NCBI GenBank assembly: GCA_037383965.1
Contig: JARROL010000001.1
Span: 990-43,503 of the forward strand
Source of the DNA: Desulfobacterales bacterium
Lineage (GTDB): Bacteria; Desulfobacterota; Desulfobacteria; Desulfobacterales; SG8-13
Length of the DNA: 42,514 bases
Direction: 5' to 3'
A program made the translations under genes and the position numbers. Below the pieces are notes generated by a model. The model saw only the letters and a list, made by a program, of their open reading frames with translations, was not told the DNA's origin and searched no databases. The first letter of the stretch is position 1. The number at the start of each line of letters is the position of its first letter. Positions 17,044-25,087 of the stretch are shown here, in pieces.

Positions 17044-17361
17044 ATGCCAACAGTTGAATTCATGGGAAAAGCATTCACCGTCGACGAAGACGGGTTCATC
17101 GATTCCTACGAAAACTGGAGCCAGGAATGGGTACAGTGGGTCAAGAAAGAAGAGGGCATCGACGAACTCAACGAGGAGCACCAAAAAGTCATCAAGGTCC
17201 TGCGTGAATACTATGAGAAAAACGGAATTGCCCCGATGGTTCGGGTTCTTTCCAAGGTTACCGGTTTCAAACTGAAGCACATTTACGAGTTGTTTCCCTC
17301 CGGCCCGGGCAAGGGAGCCTGCAAGATGGCCGGTCTTCCCAAGCCGACCGGTTGTGTCTGA
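17044..17361 (+). CDS. dsrC: DsrC (TusE/DsrC/DsvC family) with both C-terminal redox cysteines
   Basis: 105 aa with a strong SD (AAAGGAGGG). The C-terminus ...GPGKGACKMAGLPKPTGCV has the Cys-x10-Cys arm with the penultimate Cys that is diagnostic of true DsrC. Confidence 0.9.
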   Translation: MPTVEFMGKAFTVDEDGFIDSYENWSQEWVQWVKKEEGIDELNEEHQKVIKVLREYYEKNGIAPMVRVLSKVTGFKLKHIYELFPSGPGKGACKMAGLPKPTGCV

Positions 17362-17400
17362 TCCGATCCACCGAAACGACACGATGACTTCTATGAAGAC

Positions 17401-17435
17401 AAGGCCCTGCGCGCCCCGCAGGGCCTTTACTATTT
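17401..17435 (+). terminator. Rho-independent terminator after dsrC
   Basis: AAGGCCCTGCG-cgccc-CGCAGGGCCTT (11-bp GC-rich stem) followed by TACTATTT. Confidence 0.7.
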
Positions 17436-17447
17436 AGGGGAGGCGCC

Positions 17448-17843
17448 ATGGTCGTTCTCAACATCAAAACGACGTCGAGGACCGAGTTCGTCGACATCAC
17501 CGCGAAGGTTCAGGAGGCTATCGGCTCCACCGGGTTGACCGAAGGCCTCTGCATGCTCTACGTGCCGCACACCACTGCTGCGATTACCATCAACGAGAGC
17601 GCCGATCCCAGCGTTAAATCCGATATTCTGATGGTCCTCAACGAGGTGGTTCCCTGGGAGGCTCAATACCGTCATGGGGAAGGAAACTCTCCGGCCCATG
17701 TCAAATCCACACTGGTCGGAGCCTCGGAGCTGATTGCGGTTGAAAAGGGGCGACTGGTTTTGGGAACATGGCAGGGTATCTTTTTCTGTGAATTCGATGG
17801 TCCGCGAACCCGAAGGGTGCAGGTCAAGGTCATTCCGGTCTGA
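17448..17843 (+). CDS. YjbQ/UPF0047 family protein (secondary thiamine-phosphate synthase-like)
   Basis: 131 aa. ...LCMLYVPHTTAAITINESADPSV..D......VP......HGEGNSPAHVKSTLVGAS...V..G.L.LGTWQGIFFCEFDGPR.R is typical of the family. Confidence 0.8.
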   Translation: MVVLNIKTTSRTEFVDITAKVQEAIGSTGLTEGLCMLYVPHTTAAITINESADPSVKSDILMVLNEVVPWEAQYRHGEGNSPAHVKSTLVGASELIAVEKGRLVLGTWQGIFFCEFDGPRTRRVQVKVIPV

Positions 17844-18063
17844 GTTTGTTGCCTGCCCGAAATCATCGGTGATAATAAGTATTCGCCTAAAAGTTCATCG
17901 GGAAACGTTGATTTTCGTATTCCTGTTGCCGCAGAGATTGACGAAAATGATGTTATACACAGCGTCATGGTAAAATTTCGTATTGGCCCTTTATATCCTT
18001 GAATTTAAAGTCACCTTAACGTGTCAAACACCTATAACGCCGTGTATGAAAGCGCAATGATTT

Positions 18064-18522
18064 ATGTCGTTTTTTATAGATGAAACCGATCGTCGCATTC
18101 TGAACCGAATTCAAACCCGTTTTCCGATCGCGCCGCGTCCGTACTCGGTGATTGCAGAAGACCTCGGCCTGACCGAAAAAGAGGTGATGTCTCGTATCAA
18201 GCGATTGAAGGAAAAGGACGTTATCCGCAGGATCGGCGGCAACTTCGTACCCGAAAAAGTTGGTTTTGTCAGCACGCTCTGTGCGGCCCGGGTGCCGGAG
18301 ACCGCCATCGAATACTTTGCAGAGGTCGTCAACAGTTACTCCGGGGTCACGCACAACTACGTGCGCGACAATGTCTACAACATCTGGTTCACCTTCATCG
18401 CGCCGTCGATGGCGGAAATCGAGGAAAATCTCGGGCAGATCGAGAAGCAAACCGGTGTTTCACCGATTCTCAACATGCCCGCGACCCGGGTGTTCAAGAT
18501 CCGCGCAAAGTTCGAGCTCTAA
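18064..18522 (+). CDS. AsnC/Lrp-like protein of the siroheme decarboxylase (AhbA/AhbB, NirD/L/G/H) type
   Basis: DETDRRILNRIQTRFPIAPRPYSVIAEDLGLTEKEVMSRIKRLKEKDVIRRIGGNF...VTHNYVRDNVYNIWFTF resembles alternative-heme-pathway decarboxylase subunits. Confidence 0.6.
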   Translation: MSFFIDETDRRILNRIQTRFPIAPRPYSVIAEDLGLTEKEVMSRIKRLKEKDVIRRIGGNFVPEKVGFVSTLCAARVPETAIEYFAEVVNSYSGVTHNYVRDNVYNIWFTFIAPSMAEIEENLGQIEKQTGVSPILNMPATRVFKIRAKFEL

Positions 18523-18560
18523 ATTTAGATTTCCCGCTGCAAGCAGCGCGAAATCTAAAT
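18523..18560. other. Long near-perfect hairpin immediately after the stop codon at 18520-18522
   Basis: ATTTAGATTTCCCGCTGC-AA-GCAGCGCGAAATCTAAAT, 17 of 18 positions paired. It is followed by an A-run, not a T-run, so it is not a canonical terminator. Confidence 0.6.
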
Positions 18561-18635
18561 GAAAAAAAGCGGGATTACTCCGGATCGATTCGCTTGCGAC
18601 CGAAAACCAGATTTTTCAACATGTGACGATGCAAC

Positions 18636-19445
18636 ATGCGTGACATCCGCATAGCCCTTGTGGTTGTTAATTGTCCGTTAGCGGCTATTGACGAAAATCT
18701 GGTGAGCATGGAGCGGCTGGCCGGCGAGGCGGCGCGCGAGGGGGCCAAGATTGTCTGTTTCCCCGAGCTGAACCTTACCGGTTACTGCGTCACGCAGGAA
18801 TTGGCGAAAACGGCCCTACCGGTGCCGGGACCTGCAACCGAGGAGATGGTTCGCATCGCCCGGTCGACCTCCCTGACGATCCTGGCCGGATTGGCAGAAA
18901 AGGACACGGCGGGACGAATGTTTGCCACCCATCTGGTGGTCACTCCCCAAGGCGTTTCCGGTTTTTACCGTAAAATTCATATCGCGCCGCCGGAAAGTCC
19001 CCTTTTTTCGCCCGGTGGGCAGGTTTCACTCCATTCTTTTCCCGGACTCACCTTCGGTATTCAACTCTGCTACGACAGCCACTTCCCGGAACTTTCCACC
19101 TGCATGGCCCTTAAGGGTTGCGATCTGATTTTTATGCCCCATGCCTCCCCGCGGGGAACCCCCGAGAATAAAATGGCCTCGTGGATGCGCCATCTCAGCG
19201 CAAGGGCCTTCGACAACGGTGTCTTTATCGCGGCCTGCAACCAGGTCGGAGACAATCGACACGGTCTGAACTTTCCGGGTGTTGCTACGCTTATCGGGCC
19301 ATCGGGTGAGGTATTGCAGCATATCGGTAGCGACAAAGAGGGCCTGCTGTTGGCCGATCTGGAAGCAGCCCGGTTGAGCGACGTACGCCGTCATCGGATG
19401 CGCTATTTCCTACCCAACCGCAGGCCCGATATCTACAAGTTATAG
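18636..19445 (+). CDS. Carbon-nitrogen hydrolase (nitrilase superfamily)
   Basis: E-K-C triad contexts: CFPELNLTGY, FYRKIHI, GIQLCYDSHFPE. Confidence 0.85.
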   Translation: MRDIRIALVVVNCPLAAIDENLVSMERLAGEAAREGAKIVCFPELNLTGYCVTQELAKTALPVPGPATEEMVRIARSTSLTILAGLAEKDTAGRMFATHLVVTPQGVSGFYRKIHIAPPESPLFSPGGQVSLHSFPGLTFGIQLCYDSHFPELSTCMALKGCDLIFMPHASPRGTPENKMASWMRHLSARAFDNGVFIAACNQVGDNRHGLNFPGVATLIGPSGEVLQHIGSDKEGLLLADLEAARLSDVRRHRMRYFLPNRRPDIYKL

Positions 19446-19472
19446 GCGTTCGGCTGCGACCGACAGTTCTTT

Positions 19473-20429
19473 TCAACGGCGCGGCAAGTGGTGGCGCCTG
19501 AAATAGACCACCGAATCGATCGAGTAAAGGAGTAGGGCGGTCCAGATCAGTATGAAGGTCCACAATTGGGCGGTGCGAAAAGGTTCGCGGTAAACAAAGA
19601 CAGCCAGTAGAAAGGTGCAGCTCGGGGCGATGTACTGCAAAATGCCGATTGTAGAAAAATGAATCTTGCGGGCACCTGTGGTGAACAGCAGCAGGGGCAG
19701 GGCGGTGACCAGCGCGGCGCACATCAGCAGGATATCGGTCCGGCCGTCGCCCCGCAGAAAGGCACCGCTACCGTCGATATACAAGGTGCCGAGGTAGACC
19801 ACCGCCGGGAGCGACAACAGGAGAGTTTCAATTGTCAAACCGACCAGGGCATTGACCGATGCTACCTTGCGGATCAAGCCGTAAAAACCAAAAGTGAAGG
19901 CCAGAAACAGGGCGATCCATGGCAGTCGACCGATTTCGATCGTCAGATAGACGACGCCGACAGCTGCCAGAATCACGGCCACTAGCTGAGCCGGCCGCAG
20001 GCGTTCCTTCAGAAACACCACTCCCAGCATCACGTTGATCAACGGGTTTATATAGTAGCCCAGACTGGTCTGCAGAATGCGATCGCTGTTAATGGCCCAG
20101 ATGAAGACGAACCAGTTGCTCGAGACCAGCATCGTGGTTACCAGCAGGATCAGCATGGTGCGGCCGGAGGAAATCACGGTTTTGAATTCATTGCGGCGGT
20201 TCGTGAAAACGACAAACGGCAGCAGGAACAGAAACGACCAGACCATGCGGTGCATCAGAATCTCGAGGGCCGGGATGGCGCGCAGGGTTTTGAAATAGAT
20301 CGGCGTCAATCCCCAAATGAGAAAAGCCCCCACGGCGCAGGCCGCACCGGCTGGTGATTCCGGTGGCGGCGAGTGAGCGGCGGTGTTTTCTTCCTGCAAA
20401 ATGGGTCTCCGATTCCACGGGATCGACAT
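19473..20429 (-). CDS. rarD: EamA/RarD-family (DMT superfamily) permease
   Basis: About ten hydrophobic helices. N-terminal GAFLIWGLTPIYFK motif is typical of RarD. The start codon is uncertain. Confidence 0.75.
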   Translation of the reverse strand: MSIPWNRRPILQEENTAAHSPPPESPAGAACAVGAFLIWGLTPIYFKTLRAIPALEILMHRMVWSFLFLLPFVVFTNRRNEFKTVISSGRTMLILLVTTMLVSSNWFVFIWAINSDRILQTSLGYYINPLINVMLGVVFLKERLRPAQLVAVILAAVGVVYLTIEIGRLPWIALFLAFTFGFYGLIRKVASVNALVGLTIETLLLSLPAVVYLGTLYIDGSGAFLRGDGRTDILLMCAALVTALPLLLFTTGARKIHFSTIGILQYIAPSCTFLLAVFVYREPFRTAQLWTFILIWTALLLYSIDSVVYFRRHHLPRR

Positions 20430-20854
20430 GACGGTGTACTAAACGGTCATGGCCCTCGGGCCGCTACGGGGCATAAAAATGACGCACCGGAGCCCGATTG
20501 AACGGTTGCGAAAAGCGGCTGACTGTTTGAGTCGCTTACGGGGTCTTAGACCGGATCCTATGCCGATGCCGCTTGGAAAGCACGATCTTCATGCTGAATT
20601 CGAACTCTTTATTTGTATACGCTACTGGTCCGGGCTTAGAGCCCGTTGGCGGCGAGTTTCAGGCGTCTTTCGAAACCGTTCATCCGGGCGGAGGTGCCCA
20701 CCTTATTTACGTGATAAACATGAACAGGTGAACACGTCTTGGCGGCCAGGCCTGTCGGATTTGCCGTCGAGGGCTGCACCATAGTCGAACGATACCCGGA
20801 TGTCAAAAGATACCGGCCGGTTTGACACCGATTAATTGATTGAGGAAATGACCT

Positions 20855-21661
20855 ATGCAACAGTCCGAGCCTTTTACCGTCGAAAAGAGAGGTGGAATCG
20901 CCTGGTTGACTCTCAACCGGCCCGAGAAGCACAACGCCATGGACCTCGATTTTTTCGCGGTCCTCTCGCAACACCTCCAGAAGCTGACAGATGATGGCTG
21001 CGTCAGAGTAGTGGTGATCAAGGCCGCAGGCAAGAGCTTCTCGGCCGGCACCGACCTGTCCTCCGTTGCGGCAATGGTGGGCGGCGGCGGCGCGGACGAG
21101 CGCCGGAACCTGCACCGCAAAATCCTGGCCCTTCAGGAAGGAATCAGCGCGATCGAGAAGTGCTGCAAACCGGTTATTGCCGCCATCCACGGACACTGCA
21201 TCGGCGGCGGGGTCGACCTGATTTGTGCATGTGACGTCCGCATCGCCGAGAAATCCACGCTGTTCAGCATCCGGGAAACCCGAATGGGGATCATCGCCGA
21301 TCTAGGGACCCTTCAGCGGTTACCGCCGATCATCGGTGAAGGCCGCACGAGGGAACTGGCTTTAAGCGGCCGCGATTTCAGCGCCACGGAAGCCTTCGAA
21401 ATGGGGCTCGTCTCGCAGGTCTGCGAGGAGCGGGAAAACCTGTACGACACAGCGGAAACCCTGGCCTGGCAAATTGCCGACAACCCGGCCTTAACGGTGA
21501 TGGGCGTCAAAGAAGTGCTCAACTACAGCCGCGATAGCGGCGTCGATGCCGGGCTGCGCTATGTCGCCCAGAAGAATGCCGCCATGCTGCTGTCGGAGGA
21601 CTTGACGGAAGCCTTTACCGCGTTCAAGGAAAAACGCAAACCGCATTTCAAAGGTAAATGA
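20855..21661 (+). CDS. Enoyl-CoA hydratase/isomerase (crotonase) family protein
   Basis: IAWLTLNRPEKHNAM, KAAGKSFSAGTDL, AIHGHCIGGGVDL. SD is GAGGAA. Confidence 0.9.
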   Translation: MQQSEPFTVEKRGGIAWLTLNRPEKHNAMDLDFFAVLSQHLQKLTDDGCVRVVVIKAAGKSFSAGTDLSSVAAMVGGGGADERRNLHRKILALQEGISAIEKCCKPVIAAIHGHCIGGGVDLICACDVRIAEKSTLFSIRETRMGIIADLGTLQRLPPIIGEGRTRELALSGRDFSATEAFEMGLVSQVCEERENLYDTAETLAWQIADNPALTVMGVKEVLNYSRDSGVDAGLRYVAQKNAAMLLSEDLTEAFTAFKEKRKPHFKGK

Positions 21662-21671
21662 AAAGGTGAAT

Positions 21672-22823
21672 ATGCAAGCCAATCGCGGTGCGCTTTGCGG
21701 GCTTCTGGTGCTCGACCTCTCAAGGCTTCTGCCCGGGCCGTACTGCACGATGATTCTGGCCGATCACGGGGCCCGGGTGATTGCCATCGAAGACCGGCGT
21801 TTTCGAGATGAGGATATTTTTCCGGCGACGGTCAACCGCAACAAAGAGCACATGACGCTCAACCTGAAGAGCGTCGAAGGGCGGCAGATTTTCTATCGCC
21901 TGGCCGCGGCGGCCGATGTCGTCGTGGAGGGCTTTCGGCCGGGCGTCGTGCAGCGGCTTGGCGTCGACTACGAGACCATCCATAAGATCAATCCCCGCAT
22001 CGTCTACTGCGCCGTTACCGGCTACGGTCAGACCGGACCGCTGAAGGACCGGGCCGGACACGACGTCAACTATCTGGCGCATGCCGGCGTGCTCGATCTG
22101 ATCGGCGAAGCCAACCGACCGCCGTCGATTCCCGGTGTGCAGATCGCCGATATGGCCGGCGGCGGGCTGAATGCGGCGATCGGCATTCTGTTGGCGCTTC
22201 TGGCACGCGGAAAGAGCGGCCGGGGCCAGTACATCGACATCTCGATGACCGACGGCGCGGCCAGTCTTCTCTCCCTTCAGCTTCACTTGCAACAGATCGA
22301 TGGCCGGTCTCCCCGCCGCGGCGACTCGCGGTTCTCGCACCGCTACGCCTGCTACAGCACTTATGAAACCCGCGACGGGCGCTATATCGCAATCGGTGCG
22401 GTCGAGAACCGGTTTTGGCAGATGCTCTGCGACCACTTCGGGGTGCCTGAATATGCGGCGCTTCAATACGACGAGGAGCGTCGGAACGAAATCCTGGCTT
22501 TCATGCGCAGCGCTATCAGGAAAAAGACCCTGGCGCAGTGGGAAGAGGAACTGGCGAACATCGACGCCTGCTGGGCGCCGGTCAAGTCACTGGATGATGT
22601 CCTTCATGCGCCGCTCTTCCGGGAAAGAGATATGGTGGTAAAGATCGAGGGCGAGGCAGGCGACACAACGCCGCTTCTCGGCACGCCGATCAAGCTGAGT
22701 GACACTCCCGGCGGCATCCGTACGGCTCCACCGGCCTTCGGGGGAAACACGCGCGCGATCCTCTCGGAATTCGGGTATTCCAGCGAAGAAATCAAAATGT
22801 TGCAAGAAAAAGGTGTTGTTTAA
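21672..22823 (+). CDS. Family III CoA-transferase (CaiB/BaiF / alpha-methylacyl-CoA racemase family)
   Basis: LLVLDLSRLLPGPYCTMILADHGARVIAIE, GRSPRRG. The ATG at 21672 is preferred over the GTG at 21666. Confidence 0.85.
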   Translation: MQANRGALCGLLVLDLSRLLPGPYCTMILADHGARVIAIEDRRFRDEDIFPATVNRNKEHMTLNLKSVEGRQIFYRLAAAADVVVEGFRPGVVQRLGVDYETIHKINPRIVYCAVTGYGQTGPLKDRAGHDVNYLAHAGVLDLIGEANRPPSIPGVQIADMAGGGLNAAIGILLALLARGKSGRGQYIDISMTDGAASLLSLQLHLQQIDGRSPRRGDSRFSHRYACYSTYETRDGRYIAIGAVENRFWQMLCDHFGVPEYAALQYDEERRNEILAFMRSAIRKKTLAQWEEELANIDACWAPVKSLDDVLHAPLFRERDMVVKIEGEAGDTTPLLGTPIKLSDTPGGIRTAPPAFGGNTRAILSEFGYSSEEIKMLQEKGVV

Positions 22824-22934
22824 CGGCCTCGAGTGATTAGATTTTAGCGTTTTGTAGTGGACCTGGAGCACAGCTCGCTTTAATCTGCAATAGCGGGACA
22901 TCTTGAATATCAACGAAAGATGACGTGATGACGA

Positions 22935-23042
22935 TTGGAATGTTGGAATATTGGCTTACTGGAGAAATGGGGTTTGAGGTATTGCATCTATAGATAACGA
23001 TTTCCTCTTTTTACGCAACATTCCAGCATTACAACATTCCAG
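22935..23042. promoter_or_regulatory. Repeat array of a TGGAATGTTG / CAACATTCCA decamer upstream of the GTPase pair
   Basis: TTGGAATGTTGGAATATTGG (22935-22954), and in inverted orientation CAACATTCCAG at 23016-23026 and 23032-23042 (16-bp period). Confidence 0.6.
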
Positions 23043-23104
23043 AAAGGTCGAATCGACCCGGCTTAAATAACCGGCCACTTAAGAGATAATATTAAAACGA
23101 TTCA

Positions 23105-25066
23105 ATGACACCCTTCGACACCTATCGGGAACCCTTGTCGAACCTGCGCGACCTCTTGCCGCGTCTGGTTGAGCTGCTGGAGATCGAAGACGCGGTATCC
23201 GGTGCGGCATGGAAAAATCTCGATGCCCGTCTCCTGCCGCTTGTCGACCCGCGCCTGCCGCTGATGGTGGCCATCTGCGGCGGCGCCAATTCAGGCAAAT
23301 CGACCCTGTTCAACTCCCTGTTGAAGACACGACTTTCGCTGGTGCGCGGTAACGCCGGGAGCACGCGCCGCGTGCTGATTGCCGGCCATCCGGATGTGCT
23401 TGCCCGCCAGGACTTTATTTCCGCGCTGTTCGATCCGTTCGGCAAAGTCCCCCAACCCCTGGATGATCCCGCCGAGTTGCTGGAACCCGGTCCGCCGTTG
23501 TATACCACCCATCCCGACGTCCCGCGGGACCAGATATTGATGGATACCCCTGACTTCGACACCGGCACGGAAGATCGGTACACCAACCGCGACATCGCTC
23601 GAGAGGTACTGGAGGCCTGCAATGTTCTGATTTACATCGTCACCAACACCACTTACAACAATCTTGAGAACACCCGCTTCATGCGCCAGGTCCTGACCGA
23701 GACGGGCATGCGCCGCTGCATCTTGGTTTACAGCTGCTCGCGTACCCTCACGGACAGTCAGGTGATGGACCACCTGTCGACTACGGCAGACAACCTTTAC
23801 GGCGCGACCCGGGACGATTATCTTATCGGCACCTACCGTACCGATACCAGTGATGCCGTAGCGGCCGGCAACGAGTTCATGAACCTGCGGCCGATCCAGC
23901 CCCGGGACCCGGACATTATGGAGCTGTTAGAACGGCTCGATCCCCGGGATATCAGAGAGCAGCAGATTCAAACCATGCTGACAGCTCTAGTGAAACACGT
24001 TCGGCAGGTTGTCGCGACGGCAAAAACCGTTCGAGACGAAATCGACCTTTACGGCAGCGTTATGCAACTGGCTCTCGCCCACGCCGTTCAGCAGTCGCTG
24101 GTTTCCTTTCCTCTGAAGAAAATCATATTGCGCATGAACGATATCTGGCTCGAAACCAGCCCATCGCACCTCAAGTTTTTTCGGGGAGTGGGCAGCGTGA
24201 TCGGCAAACCGGCTCGCATGATTTTTTCCCTGGTGCGTCTGGCAAAGGGCGGGGATAGCGATGCCATCGATCGGAAGGCGGGCGCAGTTGACACTCTTGA
24301 GCTGACCGAATCGAATCTGCTGGCCGGAGCTTCCGAACTGCGGGACAAAATCCTGGCTGAGGAAGTCATTGCCGAAACCATCGCCAAGGACCCGGAAGGT
24401 CGGCGTCTGAGCGCACTGGTCGACCAGATCAGGCAACGACGCGGACGCGACCAAAAGGAGTTGCCGTCCCGGCACATTTCCGCCGCCACCGGGACCGTTG
24501 TCCTCCACGTGGCGGCGCCGGCCTGCACGCACGACACTCGCAAAGAGATCGAGGGCCGTCCCTGGTCGGTGACGGCCGAGCGAATTCTCGCTACCGCTCC
24601 AGAGATTTTGAACATCGCGGAAGATGCAACGCTCAACCAGGAGTTGACCGACCTGGTCAACAACTTTCGGCAGGGCATGAATTTTCGCCAGAAAACCCGG
24701 GAATCATTTTTCGCATCTTTGAATGTCCTACCGGCGACCCTTGGGATTGCCTACATACTGACCACCGGTGATCCCGTGGGCGGCAGTGGGATTTACGCCA
24801 AGCTTCAAGGGATGTTCGGCATGCACGACCTGTGGGCCCTGGTGTCGGTACCGGCCTCGGCCGGGCTGGATGAAACCGGACGGCAGCGCTTGTCCGATAT
24901 GCTCGAGCCGGTGGTTAAAAAATGGGTCGAAAACCGGGCCTCTATCGTTCGGCGGCTTTTCGAAGAGACGCTTTCCGGCGCGGTATCCCGGGAAGTCGAT
25001 GAAACCGCCGAGACAGCCGAAGTGCTGTTGAAAAGGATTGAAGCGGAGTTGACGGCCTTTGGTTAA
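23105..25066 (+). CDS. Dynamin-like large GTPase (BDLP-type), subunit 1
   Basis: G1 AICGGANSGKSTLFNSLL. G3 ILMDTPDFDT. Dynamin_N-like CNVLIYIVTNTTYNNLENTRFMRQVL. Long helical middle region. Hydrophobic hairpin near the C-terminus (FFASLNVLPATLGIAYILTTG...LWALVSVPASAGL). Confidence 0.65.
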   Translation: MTPFDTYREPLSNLRDLLPRLVELLEIEDAVSGAAWKNLDARLLPLVDPRLPLMVAICGGANSGKSTLFNSLLKTRLSLVRGNAGSTRRVLIAGHPDVLARQDFISALFDPFGKVPQPLDDPAELLEPGPPLYTTHPDVPRDQILMDTPDFDTGTEDRYTNRDIAREVLEACNVLIYIVTNTTYNNLENTRFMRQVLTETGMRRCILVYSCSRTLTDSQVMDHLSTTADNLYGATRDDYLIGTYRTDTSDAVAAGNEFMNLRPIQPRDPDIMELLERLDPRDIREQQIQTMLTALVKHVRQVVATAKTVRDEIDLYGSVMQLALAHAVQQSLVSFPLKKIILRMNDIWLETSPSHLKFFRGVGSVIGKPARMIFSLVRLAKGGDSDAIDRKAGAVDTLELTESNLLAGASELRDKILAEEVIAETIAKDPEGRRLSALVDQIRQRRGRDQKELPSRHISAATGTVVLHVAAPACTHDTRKEIEGRPWSVTAERILATAPEILNIAEDATLNQELTDLVNNFRQGMNFRQKTRESFFASLNVLPATLGIAYILTTGDPVGGSGIYAKLQGMFGMHDLWALVSVPASAGLDETGRQRLSDMLEPVVKKWVENRASIVRRLFEETLSGAVSREVDETAETAEVLLKRIEAELTAFG

Positions 25067-25087
25067 CATATTCTGAAAGGAAACAAG

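Noticed and set aside
20430-20854. ORF 20449-20784 (+), and the 48-aa tail of ORF 20636-21196 (-) in the 425-bp gap
   Set aside because: No SD, no recognisable motifs, and the two mutually overlap. The minus ORF mostly shadows the crotonase gene. A small gene or RNA here cannot be excluded without expression data.
22960-22990. Sigma54-like TGGGGT...TTGCA upstream of the GTPase genes
   Set aside because: The GG-to-GC spacing is 11-13 nt depending on which G pair is used, never 10, and the -24 box lacks the GC of TGGCAC.
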